Made by a program: the position numbers and the translations under genes
Assembly (NCBI GenBank): GCA_963737155.1
Contig: CAVTRN010000001.1
Location: 1,408,001 to 1,472,000 of the forward strand
DNA from: Nitrospirota bacterium
GTDB taxonomy: Bacteria > Nitrospirota > UBA9217
Direction: 5' to 3'
DNA: 64,000 nt
Notes under the pieces: model-generated
The model's input: only the letters and a program-made list of their open reading frames with translations
Database searches by the model: none
What the model was told of the DNA's origin: nothing
Shown: piece after piece, positions 1 through 10,238 of the stretch
Position numbering within the stretch: position 1 is the first letter of the stretch
How the letters are laid out: the number at the start of each line of letters is the position of its first letter

Positions 1-1518
1 GCTTTTGCGGATGTTAAGACGGTCGGCGAACAACTCATGGATGTCGGCTTCGCGATCAGCTATGACGATGAGTGTCGTGTTGGGACAACGCGCCTGGACC
101 GCAGAGACGGTTCGATAGCTTTTCAGCCATTTGAAGCTCTCTTTTTCTTCAATGGGTTTGCTGTGGCGCTCGTATTTTTTCCCGGCTTCCTCTTCATCAC
201 GCGCCCAGCACTGGACATCAAGCAGGCCGAGCGGAGTTCCCTCCGGCGTAAACGCCATGGTGTCATGCAGCAGCAGCCCGACACTGGTATTTTGGGTGTT
301 ATTGATGGGGCCAAGTCCGAGGGTCTGGGGATGGTTCGTGTAATTCAGGCTGGTTGTGTCCTGCACAACAAGAACGACATTCTGTGCACGCACACGCTGT
401 TCGGTCATCGCGATGTGCGGCGCCAGAATAGCGCTCAAATTGACGTTGTCGTTGTCGAAGAACCGATAGGCCGCTTTGGCGGCGGCCGCTCCGGAGCAAG
501 ACTGGGGAATATTGGCCGTGGGCATCGCGAAAAAAGACCCGCCCAGTTGCATCAGCCGATTCACCAGCCTCTTGTCGCCCAACACTGCATCCCCGAACTC
601 CTCCTCGGTCCAGTCGGCGGGTTCTCGCACCGGCGCTTGAGAACGGATGGAAACTGTTCCGTCCGGCAGCGAGCACAACGTCGTTTTCCAGTCATCACAG
701 AGGGGGAACAGATAGACGTCCTTGGTCGCGGTTCCCGTTCCCTGACGGCCGCGCCCCGTGGTGGCGCCTATGTGGTTCCAGTTGGCGGCGCGATAGCAGG
801 AACCCGTAAACCGGCCGCGCTCGATGAAGGTTTCAAGCAATGCAGGCCGATACGAATACCGCGCCTGCCAATCGTCGGCGAGTCGTTTCGAACACTGGGA
901 AAGAACGTGCGAGGCCAAGCCTGGCACCTTGACCATGGGCGGAATCAGGAACCGGCTGTTGTTGACGACGCGTTGCAGAGTGTGTTTGCGTGCTTCTTCA
1001 CTCCAGCCGATGAACTCATCCCGGCAACGCACCCGCCAGGCCGAGGCGCTGAAGCTCAATCCGCCAAGCCAACCAAAACGCTCGTTCCAAACCAGGTAGC
1101 GAAGTTGCGCACCGCAGAGCGGACCGCTGCGCAAATAGTGATACTTATCGAGCAAGGCATTCCATATCCGAGAGTTTTTGCTGGCGGCGCTGCTGATGGG
1201 GATAATTTCCACGGGGCCAAGCTCCGCAAGAGAGCACTCCACGGGAAAAAGCGATGGAAGGTCCGATGGACGGGGGCGGCGTGAGTGAAATGCATAGTCG
1301 CCGCAGTCCTGCAGTTTAATCAGATTACGGCGGTGAAGTTCCAACAATGCTTTGCGACAACTAACCTCGCGGAATTTGCCGTTGGGACTTCGCCAGTTCA
1401 TCCACTCACAGACACGCCTAGAAAGCTGGCGGCGCGATATGCCGGGTTCAGTCTGAATGGTTTCGGTGATCTTTGCCATAAGCGGTTTGTTAAATTCCAA
1501 ATGGAATAGGGTTATCAT
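1..1518 (-). CDS. IS4-family (Tn5/IS50-like) transposase with N-terminal DUF4338-like domain; runs off window start
   Basis: Manual minus-strand translation from ATG 1518: MITLFHLEFNK..ISRRQLSRRVCEWMNWRSPNGK..VVNNSRFLI..GSCYRAANW (DUF4338-like), then WTEEEFGDAVLGDKRL..AAYRFFDN..VQDTTSLNY..LHDTMAFTPEG..EKESFKW..ADREADIHELF (Tn5-type DNA-binding and DDE motifs). Absent from the ORF track, apparently because it has no stop codon in the window. Confidence 0.9.
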   Translation of the reverse strand, partial: MITLFHLEFNKPLMAKITETIQTEPGISRRQLSRRVCEWMNWRSPNGKFREVSCRKALLELHRRNLIKLQDCGDYAFHSRRPRPSDLPSLFPVECSLAELGPVEIIPISSAASKNSRIWNALLDKYHYLRSGPLCGAQLRYLVWNERFGWLGGLSFSASAWRVRCRDEFIGWSEEARKHTLQRVVNNSRFLIPPMVKVPGLASHVLSQCSKRLADDWQARYSYRPALLETFIERGRFTGSCYRAANWNHIGATTGRGRQGTGTATKDVYLFPLCDDWKTTLCSLPDGTVSIRSQAPVREPADWTEEEFGDAVLGDKRLVNRLMQLGGSFFAMPTANIPQSCSGAAAAKAAYRFFDNDNVNLSAILAPHIAMTEQRVRAQNVVLVVQDTTSLNYTNHPQTLGLGPINNTQNTSVGLLLHDTMAFTPEGTPLGLLDVQCWARDEEEAGKKYERHSKPIEEKESFKWLKSYRTVSAVQARCPNTTLIVIADREADIHELFADRLNIRKS

Positions 1519-1578
1519 GCCGCCAATTATACAGGCGGATGAGCCTTGTGTTCAGTAAAAAATGTGTCCAAACTCCAG
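1..1578 (-). mobile_element. IS4-family insertion sequence (partial) with terminal repeat at 1561-1578
   Basis: Minus strand from 1578 reads CTGGAGTTTGGACACATT, resembling Tn5/IS50 ends (CTG...ACACA), 60 bp upstream of the transposase ATG. Confidence 0.75.
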
Positions 1579-1868
1579 CGACTCTTCAGGGGGATATAAG
1601 GTGCTGGTTGAGAAGCAATCAAATACAATCTTAACAATAGAAATTAGACAGTAGCCAAAAGCACTAAATATCTTCTTTCACCGTTGGCAATCTCTGTAAG
1701 AGCTTTATGGACGTCCTTGTCTCCTGAGCTGACTCCCGTTTCTTTTTACGCAAGAAATCCTGAAAGCATTCTACTCGCCACTTGGCAAAAAATTATTTCC
1801 AGAAAATATCCTGTGAAAGTATTGGTTTCGGACCACACTGTCTCATTGCAGGGAGGATTTAAATCTGC

Positions 1869-1898
1869 TTGACAAAGGCAACATGCCCCGTATAAAAT
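1869..1898 (+). promoter_or_regulatory. sigma70-type promoter for cysS
   Basis: TTGACA at 1869, 18-bp spacer, TAAAAT at 1893. Confidence 0.55.
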
Positions 1899-1947
1899 TA
1901 AAGTTCTGTTCGTGCAACAATAATTGAATTGAGGGTATTATCATACT

Positions 1948-3423
1948 ATGATAAAATTGTACAACACACTAACAGGGAAAAAAGAGAAGTTCGTTCCTCT
2001 ACAGCCGGGCAAAGTAACCATGTATGCCTGCGGCGTGACGGTCTACGATTTTTCCCACCTCGGACATGCGCGCGGCGCCGTGGCTTTCGATTTGATCCAG
2101 CGTTACTTCCGGCGCAAGGGTTTTGAAGTGAAGTATGTGCGGAATTTCACCGATGTCGACGACAAGATAATCAACCGTGCGAAGGAAGAAGCCATTACCG
2201 CCGCCGAAGTTGCCCGCAAATACATCGATGCCTACCAGGAGGACATGAAACGCCTCGGTGTGGGCAGGGCTGATGTGGAGCCCAAGGCAACAGAGCACAT
2301 CACGGAAATGCTCGAAGTCATCAAGGGACTCTTGGAAAAAAGTCACGCCTATGTGGTTGACGGAGACGTATATTTCCGCGTGTCGAGTTTCAAAGAGTAC
2401 GGCAAACTCTCAAAGCGTAATCTCGAGGACCTGAAGGCGGGCGCGAGAGTGGAAGTCGACGAGCGAAAACAGGATCCCCTTGATTTTGCTCTCTGGAAAG
2501 CATCGAAACCGGGAGAACCTGCCTGGATCAGTCCGTGGGGGAGTGGAAGGCCGGGTTGGCACATTGAATGTACCGCCATGGGCTTAAAGCACTTAGGTGA
2601 GACATTCGATATCCACGCGGGTGGCAAGGATCTTATCTTTCCGCATCATGAAAACGAGCTTGCCCAGAGTGAGGCCTATACGGGCAAGAAGTTTGTAAAT
2701 TACTGGCTCCATAACGGATTCGTGAACATCAACGAAGAGAAGATGTCGAAGTCGCTGGGCAACTTTTTCACGATTCGCGACATTCTCAACCAGTACGATG
2801 CGGAAGTAGTCCGTCTGTTTCTCCTCTCAACCCATTATAGAAGTCCAATTGATTTTTCCGACGCCAACCTGAAGGACGCGCGAGCCGGTCTTGATCGTTT
2901 CTATACGATGAAGGAGGGGATCCTTAAAGTTCTCGCTGGAAGTGCCTCCCCTACGGTTAAGCCGAATGAAGTGATCGAGGCCGGAGACCGGCCGCTTTAT
3001 GAGAAGATCGCAAACCTTCCTCGATTCTTTGAGGAAGCGATGGATGATGATTTCAACACTGCTTTTGCCATCGGCCTCATTTATGATCTCGTCCGCGATA
3101 TAAACAAGTTTCTCGCCGAAGTGGACAAAAAGAACCAGGACGGCGCCTATTACATCCTTTCTAAAGCCGCGATCGCTTTTGACGATGTCGGTAAGACTTT
3201 AGGGCTTTTTACCCGCAGTCCCGAGGAATGGTTCAGGGAAGGAAGGTTGGCGGATAGAAAAGTCACGCTTTCGGTGGAGCGCATTGAAGAGCTAATCCAC
3301 CTCCGGAATGAGGCCCGTGCGCGCAAAGACTGGCCTGAAGCGGACCGTGTCCGCAAGATTCTCGATGATGGCGGAGTGGAGTTATTTGATCGGCCTGATG
3401 GTACAGTATGGAAGCCGAAATGA
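1948..3423 (+). CDS. cysS: cysteine--tRNA ligase
   Basis: YACGVTVYD, HLGH (HIGH), GRPGWHIEC, FPHHENE, KMSKS motifs. Confidence 0.98.
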   Translation: MIKLYNTLTGKKEKFVPLQPGKVTMYACGVTVYDFSHLGHARGAVAFDLIQRYFRRKGFEVKYVRNFTDVDDKIINRAKEEAITAAEVARKYIDAYQEDMKRLGVGRADVEPKATEHITEMLEVIKGLLEKSHAYVVDGDVYFRVSSFKEYGKLSKRNLEDLKAGARVEVDERKQDPLDFALWKASKPGEPAWISPWGSGRPGWHIECTAMGLKHLGETFDIHAGGKDLIFPHHENELAQSEAYTGKKFVNYWLHNGFVNINEEKMSKSLGNFFTIRDILNQYDAEVVRLFLLSTHYRSPIDFSDANLKDARAGLDRFYTMKEGILKVLAGSASPTVKPNEVIEAGDRPLYEKIANLPRFFEEAMDDDFNTAFAIGLIYDLVRDINKFLAEVDKKNQDGAYYILSKAAIAFDDVGKTLGLFTRSPEEWFREGRLADRKVTLSVERIEELIHLRNEARARKDWPEADRVRKILDDGGVELFDRPDGTVWKPK

Positions 3424-3575
3424 CCCTTCCTTTGGGCACGAGGCCTTAAGAACGAGGGGCGCGCATATATTGCTGATACTCCGAGAGCTTGAGTCGTTTT
3501 TCTAGCTGGTTCGAGAAATCCCTTGCTGTCCTTGTCATTGTATTTTCCACGTGTCATGTATCATCGCCCTACTCT

Positions 3576-4322
3576 ATGCAAAAAGAAAAAATAATCGGGA
3601 TCAATCCCATACGGGAAGCGCTCAGAGCAGGACGCCCCATCCAACGGCTTCTGATTGCCGAGCAGCGGAAGATGGACCGGGATGTTGCGGAGATCATCCG
3701 TATTGCCAGGGAGAAGGGGATAGAGATAAGAATCGTCACCCGGGATGCTCTGAACAGGGAATCTCAGAATTCCCGTCATCAGGGGGTGATCGCCATGGCA
3801 TCGGCGCGCACCTACGCAACACTTGAGGATATTATGCAGATACCGGCGCATCGCGGCGCACAGCCGCTGTTCCTTATTTTGGACGGCGTTGAAGATCCCC
3901 GGAATCTAGGCGCCATACTGAGGACGGCAGAAGCGGCAGGGGTGCATGGTGTGATAATCCCTGAACGACGGGCGGTCGGGCTCACGGAAACCGTCGCAAA
4001 AACCGCCGCCGGAGCATTGGAGTATGTACCGGTGGTCAAAGTGGTGAATATCGTAAATACCCTCGGGGAACTGAAAAAAGCAGGCATGTGGGTGACCGGC
4101 GCGGAGGCCGGTAGTGAGTTGGTCTACTGGGACGCGGACTTTGCGCGGCCGACGGCGCTGGTGCTCGGTGGCGAAGATAAAGGCGTGCGCAGACTGGTCA
4201 AAGAGCACTGTGACTACCTCGTGTCTCTGCCGCTTATGGGGCAGATAAGCTCCTTGAACGTTTCGGTGGTGGCGGGAACTCTGCTGTATGAAGTGTTGCG
4301 CCAGCGCAGGGGTATACGGTAA
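3576..4322 (+). CDS. rlmB: 23S rRNA (G2251-2'-O)-methyltransferase RlmB/TrmH family
   Basis: LDGVEDPRNLGAILRTA, GGEDKG, SLNVSV SPOUT motifs; ATG 3576 is the likely start; conserved position after cysS. Confidence 0.93.
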   Translation: MQKEKIIGINPIREALRAGRPIQRLLIAEQRKMDRDVAEIIRIAREKGIEIRIVTRDALNRESQNSRHQGVIAMASARTYATLEDIMQIPAHRGAQPLFLILDGVEDPRNLGAILRTAEAAGVHGVIIPERRAVGLTETVAKTAAGALEYVPVVKVVNIVNTLGELKKAGMWVTGAEAGSELVYWDADFARPTALVLGGEDKGVRRLVKEHCDYLVSLPLMGQISSLNVSVVAGTLLYEVLRQRRGIR

Positions 4323-4396
4323 AGAGTTCCCATAAAACGGACATCAGCATGGAAACACATCTATTTCTAAACATCTAACTACCTAATCTTTTTTAC

Positions 4397-4426
4397 TTGA
4401 CAAGTCAATACGCAATCTCTTATAAT
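4397..4426 (+). promoter_or_regulatory. sigma70 promoter of the tRNA-tuf operon
   Basis: TTGACA-N18-TATAAT. Confidence 0.75.
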
Positions 4427-4540
4427 TACAGTTCTTTGGCGCGGCAGAACAAACACGCACAAATTAAGCATTATTAACAAATGAGCAGCATGATCCGGAT
4501 AGGAACATGCATGTACGGCGTGGTATTTTCAGAGGGTTCT

Positions 4541-4616
4541 GCCACCGTAACTCAGTTGGTAGAGTAGCTGATTTGTAATCAGCCTGTCGGGGGTTCGAGT
4601 CCCTTCGGTGGCTCCA
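4541..4616 (+). tRNA. tRNA-Thr(TGT)
   Basis: Cloverleaf; anticodon arm GCTGA-TTTGTAA-TCAGC; GGTTCGAGT T-loop; encoded CCA. Confidence 0.97.
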
Positions 4617-4721
4617 TTTTCTGGCAACCTTATTCGAGAAGCAGGTTTTGAAAGCGGTTCCCGAACATTTTTTGTAGTGGTGTAGGTGCAGTTCTAGAAC
4701 GGCTGAAGTATTGAAGTTCCC

Positions 4722-4807
4722 GGGGAGGTGCCCGAGTGGCCAAAGGGAACAGACTGTAAATCTGTCGGCGTCAGCCTACGGAGGTTCGAAACCTCCCCTC
4801 CCCACCA
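4722..4807 (+). tRNA. tRNA-Tyr(GTA)
   Basis: GGGGAGG/CCTCCCC acceptor stem, ACAGA-CTGTAAA-TCTGT anticodon arm, long variable arm, CCA. Confidence 0.97.
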
Positions 4808-4890
4808 ATTGTAAATAAGGATCGAGGATTGATCGCGGAGTGCGGATTTGGAAGCGGGAAATCTGTAAGCCGTAATCCGATATCGAAAAA

Positions 4891-4967
4891 GCGGGAATAG
4901 CTCAGCTGGCTAGAGCGCAAGCCTTCCAAGCTTGGGGTCGCGGGTTCGAATCCCGTTTCCCGCTCCA
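4891..4967 (+). tRNA. tRNA-Gly(TCC)
   Basis: GCGGGAA acceptor stem, CAAGC-CTTCCAA-GCTTG anticodon arm, CCA. Confidence 0.97.
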
Positions 4968-5062
4968 GTTTCTAGAGTTGTGAGTCTATAAAGTTTTTTG
5001 AGTTCATCGGATTCGACTCAATGAACCCTCGAGATTCGTAACTCAACAAACTCAGAAAATCC

Positions 5063-5138
5063 GCCCATGTAGCTCAGTTGGTAGAGCACATCCTTGGTAA
5101 GGATGAGGTCAGCGGTTCAATCCCGCTCATGGGCTCCA
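5063..5138 (+). tRNA. tRNA-Thr(GGT)
   Basis: GCCCATG acceptor stem, CATCC-TTGGTAA-GGATG anticodon arm, CCA. Confidence 0.97.
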
Positions 5139-5221
5139 GACAATTAGTTATTCAGGTCTGTTTAGTAATTTTTTGTACGGGCCAATCGCAATCTTTCACT
5201 TCGCGGCAGGAGGGGTAAAGT

Positions 5222-6421
5222 ATGGCAAAGGCAAAATTTGAGAGGACAAAACCTCATGTGAACGTGGGAACCATTGGCCACGTGGACCACGGCAAAACGA
5301 CCTTGACGGCCGCCATCACGAAGGTGCTCTCCTTCAAGAACATGGCGAGCTTTGTATCCTATGACAACATCGACAAGGCGCCGGAAGAACGGGAACGCGG
5401 CATCACAATCGCCACGGCGCATGTTGAATACTCGACAGAGAACCGGCACTATGCCCACGTCGACTGTCCCGGCCATGCCGATTACGTGAAGAACATGATC
5501 ACGGGGGCGGCGCAGATGGACGGAGCGATCCTGGTGGTATCTGCCGCCGACGGTCCGATGCCCCAGACCCGCGAGCACATTCTTCTCGCCCGTCAGGTAG
5601 GCGTGCCCTATATCGTCGTCTACATGAACAAAGTAGATATGGTGGACGACCCCGAGCTGATCGAACTCGTCGAGCTCGAGATCCGGGAGCTTCTATCCAA
5701 GTACCAGTTCCCAGGGGACAAGACCCCCATTGTCAAGGGAAGCGCCCTGAAGGCGCTCCAGAGCGACAGTAAGGACGTCAACGCGCCTGAGTACAAGAGC
5801 ATCCTGGAGCTGATGGCGGCTGTGGATAGCTACATACCCCAGCCGAAGCGCGACGTCGATAAGCCCTATCTGATGCCGATTGAAGACGTGTTCTCTATCG
5901 CAGGCCGCGGTACGGTGGTGACGGGCAGGATCGAGCGCGGCATCGTGAAGGTTAGCGACGAAATTGAGATTGTCGGAATCAAGCCGACGCAGAAGACGGT
6001 AGTGACGGGCGTGGAGATGTTCCGGAAGCTTCTGGACCGGGGCGAAGCGGGCGACAATGTCGGCGTGCTTCTCCGCGGTACCAAGAAGGAAGACGTGGAG
6101 CGCGGGATGGTTTTGGCGAAGCCGGGCAGCATCACGCCACATACGAAATTCAAGGCTGAGGCGTATATTCTCACGAAGGAAGAAGGTGGCCGACACACGC
6201 CGTTCTTCAACGGCTATCGTCCGCAGTTCTATTTCCGGACGACGGACGTGACGGGCGTGGTAAAGCTTGCCGAGGGAGTGGAGATGGTGATGCCGGGCGA
6301 CAACATGACCTGCAGCGTCGAACTCATCACCCCGATCGCCATGGACCAGGGCCTGCGCTTCGCCATCCGTGAAGGCGGCAGGACCGTGGGCGCCGGCGTT
6401 ATCACCGAAGTGATCGAGTAA
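5222..6421 (+). CDS. tuf: elongation factor Tu (copy 1)
   Basis: [28 protein letters not shown]. Confidence 0.99.
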   Translation: MAKAKFERTKPHVNVGTIGHVDHGKTTLTAAITKVLSFKNMASFVSYDNIDKAPEERERGITIATAHVEYSTENRHYAHVDCPGHADYVKNMITGAAQMDGAILVVSAADGPMPQTREHILLARQVGVPYIVVYMNKVDMVDDPELIELVELEIRELLSKYQFPGDKTPIVKGSALKALQSDSKDVNAPEYKSILELMAAVDSYIPQPKRDVDKPYLMPIEDVFSIAGRGTVVTGRIERGIVKVSDEIEIVGIKPTQKTVVTGVEMFRKLLDRGEAGDNVGVLLRGTKKEDVERGMVLAKPGSITPHTKFKAEAYILTKEEGGRHTPFFNGYRPQFYFRTTDVTGVVKLAEGVEMVMPGDNMTCSVELITPIAMDQGLRFAIREGGRTVGAGVITEVIE

Positions 6422-6490
6422 AAAATTGCAGGCAGCAGATGTCTTTGTCGCGCGATTATCAAATTGAAGGGGTGAAGAGAGGCTACTACC

Positions 6491-6643
6491 ATGCGGGAAA
6501 TCGTACTTCTCGCTTGCGGTGAATGCAAGCGTAAAAATTATTCCACGATAAAGAATAAAAGAAACACACCGGACAAACTCAATCTGGATAAATATTGCAG
6601 ATTCTGTCGCAAACATACGGTGCACAAGGAAACAAAGGCGTAA
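6491..6643 (+). CDS. rpmG: 50S ribosomal protein L33 (Zn-binding type)
   Basis: Manual translation [50 protein letters not shown]; too short for the ORF track. Confidence 0.97.
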   Translation: MREIVLLACGECKRKNYSTIKNKRNTPDKLNLDKYCRFCRKHTVHKETKA

Positions 6644-6677
6644 CTTGAAAGTGCAGGGTGCTGCGGGGTTAGGACAC

Positions 6678-6753
6678 AGGCCAGTAGCTCTAATGGTAGA
6701 GCTCCGGACTCCAAATCCGGCTGCTGGGGGTTCGAGTCCCTCCTGGCCTGCCA
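6678..6753 (+). tRNA. tRNA-Trp(CCA)
   Basis: AGGCCAG/CTGGCCT acceptor stem, CCGGA-CTCCAAA-TCCGG anticodon arm, CCA. Confidence 0.97.
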
Positions 6754-6789
6754 TTTTTCTTCAGAATCTTGTGCAGGGAGAGGCTTGGT

Positions 6790-6975
6790 ATGTTTAAAAA
6801 GTTGATGGTATTCTTTCAAGAGGTGATGCTCGAACTCAAGAAAGTCGTGTTTCCGACAAAGAAGGAGGTCATAGGTTCTACCTGGGTGGTAATTTTCACC
6901 GTGCTTGTATGCGCCTTTTTTCTGGGACTGGTAGATTTTGGGCTGGGAAGACTTATGACCCTTGCCTTTAAATAA
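6790..6975 (+). CDS. secE: preprotein translocase subunit SecE
   Basis: ELKKVVFPTKKE motif plus one TM helix; between tRNA-Trp and nusG. Confidence 0.95.
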   Translation: MFKKLMVFFQEVMLELKKVVFPTKKEVIGSTWVVIFTVLVCAFFLGLVDFGLGRLMTLAFK

Positions 6976-6983
6976 AGATTATT

Positions 6984-7529
6984 ATGGCGATGAACTGGTA
7001 TGTAGTCCATACGTATGCGGGATTTGAGAACAAGGTGAAGGCCGGCATTCTCGAAACGGTGTCCAAGTTGGGCCTTACAGACAAAATCGGGCAGATACTT
7101 GTCCCCACTGAAGAAGTTTTGTCTATCAAAGCCGGGAAAAAACGCAAGTCGCAGCGAAAATTCTTCCCCGGCTACATCCTCGTTGAGATGGAGATGGACG
7201 ACAACTCTTGGCATATCATCAAGGAAACGCCGAAGGTGACCGGATTTGTTGGGGGAAGTACGAATCCGACACCGCTTTCCGAAGACGAAATCAAGATGAT
7301 TTTGAAGCAGACTGAGGAGGGGGCCGTTGCCCCGACGCAGCCCAAACATGCATATCAGAAGGGTGACCGTGTAAGAGTGATAGACGGCCCGTTCAGCAGT
7401 TTCATCGGGACGGTTGAAGACGTCAACCCCGCCCACGGAAGACTCCGGGTCATGGTAAGCATCTTTGGCCGCTCAACGCCGGTGGAACTAGAATTTCTGC
7501 AAGTCGAACGGGAAAAAGAAACCAAATAA
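6984..7529 (+). CDS. nusG: transcription termination/antitermination factor NusG
   Basis: [20 protein letters not shown] motif [18 protein letters not shown]. Confidence 0.98.
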   Translation: MAMNWYVVHTYAGFENKVKAGILETVSKLGLTDKIGQILVPTEEVLSIKAGKKRKSQRKFFPGYILVEMEMDDNSWHIIKETPKVTGFVGGSTNPTPLSEDEIKMILKQTEEGAVAPTQPKHAYQKGDRVRVIDGPFSSFIGTVEDVNPAHGRLRVMVSIFGRSTPVELEFLQVEREKETK

Positions 7530-7574
7530 AAATTCGGAATTAAATAGTGTAAACACACACACAGGAGTTTATAA

Positions 7575-8000
7575 ATGGCTAAAGAAATTACAGCAAAAAT
7601 CAAGCTTCAGGTTCCGGCAGGGAAGGCCAACCCGGCACCGCCGGTCGGTCCAGCTCTCGGCCAGCATGGCGTGAATATCATGGAATTCTGTAAGGCTTTC
7701 AACGCAAAGACCCAGAAAATGGGCGACACCATAGTTCCCGTAATCATCTCGGTGTATTCGGACCGGTCCTTCACCTTCATTACAAAGACGCCCCCGGCTG
7801 CAGAACTTCTAAAGAAGGCAGCCGGAATCGTCAAGGGTTCTGGCATCCCGAACAAGGACAAGGTTGGCAAGGTGACCAAAGCCCAGATAAGGGAAATCGC
7901 CCAGACAAAGCTCCCGGACCTCAATGCCGCAAGTGTGGAATCAGCCATGCGCATGATCGAGGGCTCAGCAAAGAGCATGGGCCTGGATGTGGTAGATTAA
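7575..8000 (+). CDS. rplK: 50S ribosomal protein L11
   Basis: [18 protein letters not shown]. Confidence 0.99.
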   Translation: MAKEITAKIKLQVPAGKANPAPPVGPALGQHGVNIMEFCKAFNAKTQKMGDTIVPVIISVYSDRSFTFITKTPPAAELLKKAAGIVKGSGIPNKDKVGKVTKAQIREIAQTKLPDLNAASVESAMRMIEGSAKSMGLDVVD

Positions 8001-8097
8001 TTGTTCAAAATTCATGATTCAATATTTAAAACACGGAAAACTTGTATTTCACTTTTTAGTTTTGAGTATTCACTATTGAATTATTCTTAATATTTAT

Positions 8098-8128
8098 GCG
8101 GGAGGCTGACAACAGCCGTTTGGACCGC
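8098..8128 (+). promoter_or_regulatory. L1-binding autoregulatory RNA before rplA
   Basis: GCGGGAG-GCTG..CAGCC..GGACCGC stem with GGAG internal loop, directly before the rplA RBS. Confidence 0.6.
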
Positions 8129-8139
8129 AAGGAGAAACC

Positions 8140-8841
8140 ATGTCAGGTAAAAAATATAAAGCAGTGGCAGCACTGGTTGATCAGACAAAACAGTATGGTG
8201 TGGAAGAGGCCGTAGGTCTGGCCAAGAAAACAGCGAGGACCAAATTCGACGAGACCGTCGATCTCGCCGTTAGACTGGGGGTAGACCCCAAACAGGCTGA
8301 TCAGATGGTTCGGGGAACTATTGTCCTTCCGCATGGAACTGGGAAAAAAGTCAAGATTTTAGTGTTTGCAAAGGGTGAAAAAGACAAGGAAGCGCGCGAT
8401 GCCGGGGCCGATTATGTTGGCGCCGAGGATCTTGCCGAGAAAATTCAAAAAGAAGGCTGGACTGATTTCGACACCGTGGTCGCGACACCTGACATCATGG
8501 GGCTGGTTGGACGGCTCGGTAAGGTGCTCGGTCCCCGCGGGTTGATGCCTAATCCCAAGACCGGAACTGTTACCTTCGACGTGGCCAAAGCTATTAAGGA
8601 GATCAGGGCTGGTAAAGTCGAGTATCGCGTTGAGAAGGCCGGCATTGTCCATGTGCCGGTTGGCAAGTCTTCTTTCGATGAGACCAAATTGATCGACAAT
8701 GCCAAAGCTGTGCTCGAATCCATTTTGAAGGCAAAGCCTTCCTCCAGTAAAGGCAAATATCTCAGGAGTGCAACGGTTTCGACCACTATGGGACCGGGCG
8801 TCAAAATCGATCTTGACGAGATTGAAAAGATAGCTGGGTAG
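8140..8841 (+). CDS. rplA: 50S ribosomal protein L1
   Basis: [27 protein letters not shown]. Confidence 0.99.
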   Translation: MSGKKYKAVAALVDQTKQYGVEEAVGLAKKTARTKFDETVDLAVRLGVDPKQADQMVRGTIVLPHGTGKKVKILVFAKGEKDKEARDAGADYVGAEDLAEKIQKEGWTDFDTVVATPDIMGLVGRLGKVLGPRGLMPNPKTGTVTFDVAKAIKEIRAGKVEYRVEKAGIVHVPVGKSSFDETKLIDNAKAVLESILKAKPSSSKGKYLRSATVSTTMGPGVKIDLDEIEKIAG

Positions 8842-8882
8842 TAATTTTTTGAAAAGGTCGGCCCCTTAATTCCGGGGTGCGG

Positions 8883-8955
8883 TCCGAGACAGCAGGCACC
8901 GAGGTTCAGTATCATAAAATCGCGGTTTAATTCCGAAAAGGGGCCTGCCGAGACC
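8883..8955 (+). promoter_or_regulatory. L10 leader RNA
   Basis: CCGAGACAGCAGG...TTAA...CCTGCCGAG signature upstream of rplJ. Confidence 0.75.
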
Positions 8956-9047
8956 CGGGTCAGAAAAGACAGTAGAGCTTACTAGCTGCTTTCTTTCGAG
9001 ATTCCTGGGCTGGTCATCGGGAACTCTTGAAAGAAAGGAGGACTGCA

Positions 9048-9560
9048 TTGAATAAAGTAGAAAAAAAAGAAGCGATAGATGAGCTTCATGAGAAGTTTGC
9101 CCGTGCGAAGACCGCGGTGATTACCGGCTACTCCGGGATCAATGTGGAGCAAATCACGGAGCTTCGCTCCAAGTTGCGCAAAGCGCAGGTGGAGTACAGA
9201 GTCGTGAAGAATACCTTGGCGCGGAAGGCCGCGGAAGGCACCGGACTCGAGCCGTTGAAGGACTACTTTGTCGGGCCGGTGGGCATTGCGCTCGGATATG
9301 ACGACGTGGTTGCGCCGGCGAAGGTACTCTCTGATTTCAGCAAGACACAGGTCAAGCTGCTGCTCAAGGTTGGCGTGCTTGACGGAAAACTTCTTAAGCA
9401 GGCAGATATCAAGGCGCTTGCCAATCTGCCGTCGCTGAACACACTTCGCGGAAAAATTGTCGGGCTTCTCCAAGCGCCGCCGTCCAGGATTGTCGGTGTG
9501 CTTGCAGCTCCGGGCGGTCAGATCGCCAGGGTCCTGAAGGCAAAAGCCGATAAGGGGTAA
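9048..9560 (+). CDS. rplJ: 50S ribosomal protein L10
   Basis: VVKNTLA, LPSL motifs; TTG start after AGGAGG. Confidence 0.97.
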   Translation: MNKVEKKEAIDELHEKFARAKTAVITGYSGINVEQITELRSKLRKAQVEYRVVKNTLARKAAEGTGLEPLKDYFVGPVGIALGYDDVVAPAKVLSDFSKTQVKLLLKVGVLDGKLLKQADIKALANLPSLNTLRGKIVGLLQAPPSRIVGVLAAPGGQIARVLKAKADKG

Positions 9561-9634
9561 CTTGAAATATACATGCCCGTCCAGCGGGTACGTGTTACAA
9601 AAATTTTTTAACCATTCTCAGGAGGAATTGAAAC

Positions 9635-10012
9635 ATGGCAGATTTAGCGAAGATTGTTGACGAGTTAAGCAGCTTGACCGTTCTGGAAGCTGCGGAATTG
9701 AGCAAGAAACTTGAAGAGAAGTGGGGCGTGTCGGCAGCGGCGCCCGTGGCTGTTGCAGCCGCAGGCGCAGCAGGCGGGGCAGCGGCAGCGGTGGAAGAAA
9801 AGACCGCATTCGATGTGATTCTGGCAAGCGCCGGCGCGCAGAAAATCAATGTGATCAAAGTGGTCCGCGAGCTCACAGGTTTGGGCCTCAAGGAAGCAAA
9901 AGACCTGGTTGAAGGCGCTCCCAAACCGGTGAAGACCGGAGTCTCAAAAGAAGATGCCGAAGGTATGAAGAAGAAGCTGACCGACGCAGGCGCAACCGTC
10001 GAGGTCAAGTAA
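9635..10012 (+). CDS. rplL: 50S ribosomal protein L7/L12
   Basis: Ala-rich hinge, [16 protein letters not shown]. Confidence 0.99.
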   Translation: MADLAKIVDELSSLTVLEAAELSKKLEEKWGVSAAAPVAVAAAGAAGGAAAAVEEKTAFDVILASAGAQKINVIKVVRELTGLGLKEAKDLVEGAPKPVKTGVSKEDAEGMKKKLTDAGATVEVK

Positions 10013-10040
10013 TAAAACATCATAAAGAGCAATAGTGGTC

Positions 10041-10085
10041 AAGTCCTTGCCCTCCGGTGTTAGCCCGGAGGGCAGAGGACTTTTT
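10041..10085 (+). terminator. rplL-rpoB terminator/attenuator
   Basis: AAGTCCTTGCCCTCCGG-loop-CCGGAGGGCAGAGGACTTTTT. Confidence 0.7.
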
Positions 10086-10238
10086 GCGTTTATGGATACT
10101 GGTTGCGGTTTCGTTGGTTCGGTATGCAAATTAACGGCTGTTAAGTGCAAGTGAAAAATGTACCTCAGGCTGAAGAAGTCCACGGAACCGGTGTTGTCGT
10201 CTGCATTTTTCATTTAATGCTGTATGAGGGGTGCGAAT

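Noticed and set aside
37-1284. 415-aa plus-strand ORF
   Set aside because: In-register antisense shadow of the minus-strand IS4 transposase; no recognisable motifs.
4968-5062. Imperfect GAGTT/AACTC hairpin between tRNAs (similar AT-rich hairpin at 8001-8095)
   Set aside because: Looks like an ordinary spacer or processing stem; no evidence for a separate ncRNA or mobile repeat.
5693-6754. Long minus-strand ORF opposite tuf (also 22252-23259 and many opposite rpoBC and fusA)
   Set aside because: Antisense shadows caused by codon bias in highly expressed genes; this one even spans tRNA-Trp.
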